From: an uncultured Spirochaetota bacterium
Lineage (GTDB): Bacteria; Spirochaetota; Spirochaetia; SZUA-6; Fen-1364
Assembly: GCA_963845535.1 (NCBI GenBank)
Contig: CAWJSK010000001.1
Span: forward strand, 96,001 to 160,000
DNA: 64,000 nt
Direction: 5' to 3'
The notes below the pieces were generated by a model. The model did no database searches and was not told the DNA's origin. It was given only the letters and a program-made list of their open reading frames with translations. Positions within the stretch are counted from its first letter, which is position 1. Every line of letters begins with the position of its first letter. The position numbers and the translations under genes were made by a program. Positions 58,819 to 64,000 of this stretch are shown here, in pieces.

Positions 58819-59757
58819 ATGAAAGCAGTTCAGATTTCGCAGTACGGGGACGCCGGTGTCCTCACCGTGACGAATGACGCCCCGAAGCCCGCCGTCGGGG
58901 AGGGCAAGGTCCTTGTGGAGGTGCGGGCTGCCAGCATCAACCCGGTGGACACCATGGTCCGGCTGGGCTACATGGCGAAAATGGTCCCGCTTTCCTTTCC
59001 GGCCGTTCTCGGGACGGATATTGCGGGAGTGGTCGCGGAGGTGGGAGCCGGAGTCACGGATCTCAAGAAGGGAGACAAGGTTTTCGGGATGGCCAGCCTC
59101 CTGGCGGGGGCAAGCGGCGCGTTCGCCCAGTACGCCTCCGTGCCCGCGGGCATGTTGGCGCGCATTCCCGGGAACCTCGGCTTCACGGATGCGGCCGCGC
59201 TTCCGCTTACTGCCGTGAGCGCCCTGGAAGTCATCGATGAGAAGCTCACGGTGGGCAAAGGACACAAGATCCTGATCCACGGCGGCGCGGGCGGCATCGG
59301 GACAATCGCCGTTCAGCTTGCCAAGCATCGGGGAGCATACGTTGCTACGACGGTCCTGGGGGAGACAGCAAAGTACGCGAAGGACCTCGGCGCGGACAAG
59401 GTGATCGACTCGCAGAAGGAGGCCTTTGAAAAAGTCCTGAGCGGGTACGACTTTGTCTTTGACACTGTGGCGGGTGATACGTACAAGAAGTCTTTCGAGG
59501 TCCTCAAGCGGGGAGGCACCATCATTTCCATGCTGGAGCAGCCCAACGCCGAGCTGGCGGCGAAATTCGGCGTCACTGCCTTGTCACAGATGACACAGGT
59601 GACCACGGCGAGGTTGAACGCGGTTGCTGAGCTCGTGCGAAACGGAACCATCAAGGTGCACGTGGACCGCGTCTTCCCCGTCGACAAAGTGAAGGAAGCT
59701 TTCCTTGCGCGGGAAGGCGGAAAGATCCTCGGCAAAGTCGTCCTGAGCTTCGCGTAA
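58819..59757 (+). CDS. NADP-dependent MDR/quinone oxidoreductase
   Basis: AASINPVD, LGTDIAGVV, LIHGGAGGIG, GKVVL. Confidence 0.92.
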   Translation: MKAVQISQYGDAGVLTVTNDAPKPAVGEGKVLVEVRAASINPVDTMVRLGYMAKMVPLSFPAVLGTDIAGVVAEVGAGVTDLKKGDKVFGMASLLAGASGAFAQYASVPAGMLARIPGNLGFTDAAALPLTAVSALEVIDEKLTVGKGHKILIHGGAGGIGTIAVQLAKHRGAYVATTVLGETAKYAKDLGADKVIDSQKEAFEKVLSGYDFVFDTVAGDTYKKSFEVLKRGGTIISMLEQPNAELAAKFGVTALSQMTQVTTARLNAVAELVRNGTIKVHVDRVFPVDKVKEAFLAREGGKILGKVVLSFA

Positions 59758-59770
59758 CGCTGGCCCGGCC

Positions 59771-60394
59771 GTGACACAGGTGACAGACAATTTCGTGGCC
59801 CCCGCTTCGGAGCAGATGCTCCAGCGGGTGGTCGCGAAGCTCAAAGAGCGCAACATGGAAGCGGTCATCGTCGAAACGGGGGCTGATGCGCGAAGTCTTG
59901 TCGCGCAGCGCCTGCCCCCGGGGGCGGAGGTCCATTCCGGCAAATCAAGAACTCTCCAGGACGCCGGCATTTTCGATCTGATCTCGGACGAGAAAAAGTA
60001 CGACTTCCTGCGGCCGCGATACATGAAGATGGACAGGCAGACACAGGCCCGTGAGATCCGTAAGCTGATTGCCGGCCCGGACTACATGCTGGGAAGCGTA
60101 GCCGCCGTCACGGAGGACGGCGTGCTCGTTGCGGGCTCCGCCACAGCCAGCCAGCTTGGCCCGTATGCCTACACCTCGGGCAAAGTGATCCTGGTCGTGG
60201 GCAGCCAGAAGATCGTGCCTGACCTGGAAACCGCGCTGAGGCGCATCCGCGAGCACGTGCTTCCGTGGGAAGACCAGCAGGTGCGCTCCATGGTCCCGAC
60301 CGGGTCGTTTGTCGGGAAGATCCTCATCATCGAGCGGGAGTGGATCAGCGGCCGGATCGAAGTGATCATCGTGCGGCAACCAATCGGGATATAG
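59771..60394 (+). CDS. LUD (lactate utilization) domain protein
   Basis: S.TL, DY.LGSVAAVTEDG, VILVVGSQKIVPDL..A..RI. Confidence 0.85.
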   Translation: MTQVTDNFVAPASEQMLQRVVAKLKERNMEAVIVETGADARSLVAQRLPPGAEVHSGKSRTLQDAGIFDLISDEKKYDFLRPRYMKMDRQTQAREIRKLIAGPDYMLGSVAAVTEDGVLVAGSATASQLGPYAYTSGKVILVVGSQKIVPDLETALRRIREHVLPWEDQQVRSMVPTGSFVGKILIIEREWISGRIEVIIVRQPIGI

Positions 60395-60458
60395 GGATGC
60401 CGCAGGCCGGGGGTTCGCCCTTGACGAAGTACTTAACGGATGTTACCCTACAAAAACG

Positions 60459-61098
60459 ATGCCGTTGGATTCATCCGCGCCGCTTTCGCTGTCATCCCTT
60501 CCTGTTTTTCGAGCGGCAAACCTGAAGGCGGCAGCGGGCGGCGGGTCATGGAAATATGACAACCTCGTTGGAATCCTCGCGGAGATTTCGGAGGAAGGAC
60601 CCTCGGGCGCGGCCAGTTTCGCCGTGGAGATCATTGCGGAGGCTCAAGGCGTTCATGAACCTGTCGCCTGGGTGGCGGGGACCGAGTCCATCTTTTTCCC
60701 CCCTGACTTCCTGGAAAGGGGCATCGACCTTTCAGCCCTCACCATCGTCAGAGCTGGTGGGGGAAAACGAATCCCTGACCGCTGCGGAATGGCTCGTCAG
60801 ATCGGGAGCCATGGGCCTCGTGATCATAGACGCCGAAGGGCAGTGGAACCTCAGCGACTCATCGCTGGGCCGAATCCTCAAGGTCGCGGAAAGAAGCCTT
60901 TGCGCGGTGATCTTCCTGACGCGCAAGCGCCCCCGTGACCCATCCCTCGGCTCCCGAATCTCGCTTCGGGGATGCATCATGACATGCATCGGAGATCCTT
61001 TCACCGTGAACGTTCATACCATCAAGGACAAGCGCGCAAACCTAAGCTCCCGGCAGAGAAGGCACTACCATGGCCCTTCGGGGATGTATCAGCATTGA
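60459..61098 (+). CDS. imuA: ImuA/RecA-like protein, +1 frameshift in the G-run near 60760
   Basis: LAEISEEG.SGA, VAWV....FFPPD...GIDL, then AAEWLVRSGAMGLVIID...SLGSRISLR in the next frame; upstream of imuB-dnaE2. Confidence 0.8.
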
Positions 61099-62557
61099 CC
61101 GGCTGGCCCTTCAGATTCTCCTGAGAGAGAACCCAGAGTGGCACGGGGCCCCCGTTGCAGTCACCAAAGAGGAGCGGCCGCAGAGCCTGCTCCTGGCAGT
61201 CAACAAAGAGGCCCGGGAAAAGGGGTTGGGTCCCGGCATGCGCTACGCCAACGCCCTTTCCCTGGTCCCGAGCCTGCGCGCAAGAGCGGTCCCGCAGGAG
61301 CGGATAGCGCGGGCGCGGGACCGCGTCACCAGGCTTCTTTCTTCCTTTACACCGGACGTGGAACCGTGCCCGTTTGATGCTGACGCGTTCTGGGTTTCGG
61401 TGGATGGTCTTCATTCCCTTTTCCCGTCCGAATCCGCATGGGCGGAAGCGGTGCGCGGCGCGCTTGCCGCGGAAGGCTTCGCGGCGTGCGCCGTGATCGG
61501 TTTCACCAGATTCGGCACGTACATCGTGGCTCGCAGCCGGCCGCGTTCGCTTGTGTTTGCTTCCCGTGCGGAAGAGCAGGCGCAGACCTACCGGTCATCC
61601 ATCGATATTCTCCCACTCTCACCGAAAGCCAGAAGCGCGCTGCACAAGCTCGAGGTTCACACGGTAAAGCGGTTCGTGGGACTGCCGGAAGCGGAAATTG
61701 TTCGGCGGTTCGGCACTGAAGCAGGGCGGGTGCGCCAGGCAATCCTCTCGGATGACCCGTTGCCAATTCAGTCCCGCGTGGCAGCGGAGGCCGCGCCCAA
61801 CGCGCGCCACTTGGACTCCCCCACCGGAAACCTCGACCTGCTGATGCTCCATGTGGATGAGATGCTGGCACTCGAGGTAAAGCGCGCGGAAGCGGAGCGT
61901 CAGGTGATCTCGGGGCTCAGCCTTGCCCTTCGTACTGAGGACGGGGAGGTCGCCACTCACCTCATTCGCCCTGCCGTGCCGACGCTCCAGGCGCCTCTGT
62001 TGCAGCGCCTCATTCTGCTTCGCCTGTCCGCCTGCCGCTTCGCTTCTGCCGTAGAGAATATCGAGATTCGCTCGGAACGAGCCCAGCCCTCGCGAATACA
62101 GGAGGAGCTTTTTGCGGTCAGAGGCCGAGACCTCAAGGCCGGCGCCCGGGTCTTTGCCGCCTTGCGGGCCCGTTTTGGAAATGACTCCGTGACTACGGCA
62201 TGCCTGATTGACTCTTATCTGCCGGAAAGGTCCTTTCGATTGGTTCCCCAGAAGCATCCCGCCCTGCCCACGCCCCGCAGGGGGGAAGGACTCCGCAACG
62301 GTAACGACGGCCACGCCTCACGAGGCCCCGTTGCTGTGCGAAGAATCCTTTTCAGCCCGAGGCGGATCTCGCTCGATTCTGGAAAAGCCACCGTGTTGTC
62401 CGAGGCATCCATCGTGTCCGGCTCCTGGTGGGGCACGGAAGGATCCGAGGCGCCTTACCTTCGGCATTACTCCTATCAGGATTCGCCCCACGGCATCCTT
62501 TGGGTTTTCGTTGACGCCTTCACCGGCCCTTCCTGGCTCCAGGGCGTCGTGGACTGA
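61070..62557 (+). CDS. imuB: ImuB, inactive Y-family polymerase
   Basis: VNKEAREKGLGPGM...A, FTPDVE, LRARFG, YLPERSF, SGSWW, WLQGVVD. Confidence 0.87.
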   Translation: MALRGCISIDRLALQILLRENPEWHGAPVAVTKEERPQSLLLAVNKEAREKGLGPGMRYANALSLVPSLRARAVPQERIARARDRVTRLLSSFTPDVEPCPFDADAFWVSVDGLHSLFPSESAWAEAVRGALAAEGFAACAVIGFTRFGTYIVARSRPRSLVFASRAEEQAQTYRSSIDILPLSPKARSALHKLEVHTVKRFVGLPEAEIVRRFGTEAGRVRQAILSDDPLPIQSRVAAEAAPNARHLDSPTGNLDLLMLHVDEMLALEVKRAEAERQVISGLSLALRTEDGEVATHLIRPAVPTLQAPLLQRLILLRLSACRFASAVENIEIRSERAQPSRIQEELFAVRGRDLKAGARVFAALRARFGNDSVTTACLIDSYLPERSFRLVPQKHPALPTPRRGEGLRNGNDGHASRGPVAVRRILFSPRRISLDSGKATVLSEASIVSGSWWGTEGSEAPYLRHYSYQDSPHGILWVFVDAFTGPSWLQGVVD

Positions 62558-62569
62558 GGCAGCACGACC

Positions 62570-64000
62570 GTGTACGTTCCCCTGTGGTGCAAAACCAACT
62601 TCTCATTTCTGGAAGGCGCCAGTCATCCGGAGGAGATGGTGGAGACCGCTGCCCGGCTCGGATTGCCGGCGCTGGCAATCACTGACCGTAACGGCGTCTA
62701 CGGCATGGTGCGGGCGTTCGACGAATCCCGCAAGCGCGGCGTCAAGCTCATCACGGGGAGCCAGGTTTCCGTCACGGACGGTTCCTCCCTGATACTCCTG
62801 GCGCAGGACAGGGCCGGATACGCCAATATGTGCCGCCTGATCTCCAAAGGGCACCTCAGGAATCCCAAGGGCACATGCGCCGTTTCGTGGAATGAAGCGG
62901 CGGAAAGCGCTCACGGGCTTATTGCGCTGTGGCCTGGTGACCAGGCCAGTGACTCTGGGCTCGGCACGCTCAAGGGCGCGTTCGGTGATCGGCTCTACGC
63001 CGTTGTGGCGCGCCACAGGTGGGTTGATGACGGGGCGCGGGAGAGCGCTACACGTGCTGCTGCCGCCCGATTCTCTCTCCCTCTTGTCGCGGCCGCCGAG
63101 GTTCTCTACCACGTTTCGAAACGGAGAAGGCTTCAGGACGTCCTGGTGTGCATCAGGAACGGGACCACCTTGCGGGAAGCAGGGACAAAGCTTTATCCGA
63201 ATGACGAGCATGCGCTCAAGCCCCCCTCATCGTTTGCCAGCCTTTACGGCAAATCCCCTGAGCTCATTGAGGCATCCCGGGAAGTGGCGGACAGGTGCCG
63301 CTTCTCCATGGCGGAGCTCGTCTACACGTACCCTGATGAAGCGGTCCCGCAGGGGTTCACAACGGCGGGCTGGCTCCGCCACATCACCTGCGAAGGCGCT
63401 CGGGAACGCTATCAGGGAGACATCCCGGAAAGCGCACGAGCGCTCCTTGAAAAGGAGCTCGCGCTCATCGAGGAGCTGGATTACTGCGGATACTTCCTGA
63501 CGATGTGGGAGCTGGTCAGGTTCTGTCGGGAAAAGGGAATCCTCTGCCAGGGCAGGGGATCCGCGGCAAACTCGGTGGTCTGCTACTGCCTCGGTGTCAC
63601 GTCGGTTGATCCCGTTCGGATGAACCTGCTCTTCGAGAGGTTCCTGTCCCGGGAAAGGGCGGAACCTCCGGACATCGACCTTGACATCGAGCACAACCGG
63701 CGGGAGGAAGTCATCCAGCACATGTATGAGAAGTACGGCAGGGACCGCGCGGCAATGGTGGCAAACGTGGTCCGCTACCGCACGCGCTCCGCGGTCAGAG
63801 AGGTGGGGAAGGTGTTCGGCATTCCCGAAACGGCGCTTGACCAGTGTGCCAAGCTTCTTTCCCACTGGGATGGCGACCTGGCAGCCGTGTTCAGGGAAGC
63901 CGGGGTGGACCTTCCGGAGAGCCTCCGGGAACACCTGGTGGAGCTCACGCATGAAATAGTCGGTTTTCCGCGTCACCTGTCCATCCATCCGGGCGGCTTT
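62570..64000 (+). CDS. dnaE2: Error-prone DNA polymerase III alpha, DnaE2 (partial, runs off the window)
   Basis: [71 protein letters not shown]. Confidence 0.95.
   Translation, partial: MYVPLWCKTNFSFLEGASHPEEMVETAARLGLPALAITDRNGVYGMVRAFDESRKRGVKLITGSQVSVTDGSSLILLAQDRAGYANMCRLISKGHLRNPKGTCAVSWNEAAESAHGLIALWPGDQASDSGLGTLKGAFGDRLYAVVARHRWVDDGARESATRAAAARFSLPLVAAAEVLYHVSKRRRLQDVLVCIRNGTTLREAGTKLYPNDEHALKPPSSFASLYGKSPELIEASREVADRCRFSMAELVYTYPDEAVPQGFTTAGWLRHITCEGARERYQGDIPESARALLEKELALIEELDYCGYFLTMWELVRFCREKGILCQGRGSAANSVVCYCLGVTSVDPVRMNLLFERFLSRERAEPPDIDLDIEHNRREEVIQHMYEKYGRDRAAMVANVVRYRTRSAVREVGKVFGIPETALDQCAKLLSHWDGDLAAVFREAGVDLPESLREHLVELTHEIVGFPRHLSIHPGGF

Overview
GC-rich bacterial chromosome segment, tentatively from an anaerobic Spirochaetota-like organism (inferred from the 23S sequence flavour, the V/A-type ATPase and the BMP transporter; not verified). 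Layout: 3' end of an rRNA operon (23S and 5S, 1-801); gene and IS remnants (810-1920); an operon for a membrane-bound group 4 [NiFe]-hydrogenase with Mrp/Nuo-like subunits (2066-10049); a 5'-truncated tRNA-Pro(CGG) at 10057-10119. That tRNA fragment borders a ~28 kb accessory region containing TetR/SDR, a membrane LuxR with a duplicated promoter box, radical SAM-nitroreductase-GT2, an IS91 remnant, two ECF41 modules, a DUF222-HNH gene, a complete Wadjet jetABCD preceded by a retropepsin-like gene, and a type I R-M locus whose hsdM is fused in frame to the tail of hsdS. Next come a V/A-type ATPase operon with a PTS EIIA gene and a tiny MshEN-like gene (38498-47666), a GntR-BMP-ABC-nucleoside phosphorylase operon, TetR-ADH-nitroreductase, a convergent RRM/DEAD-box pair, oxidoreductase-LUD, and imuA-imuB-dnaE2 running off the end. 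Five genes carry +1 frameshifts, probably sequencing or assembly insertions. No CRISPR array, integrase or prophage genes were seen. All protein calls come from motif recognition by eye, not from database searches.
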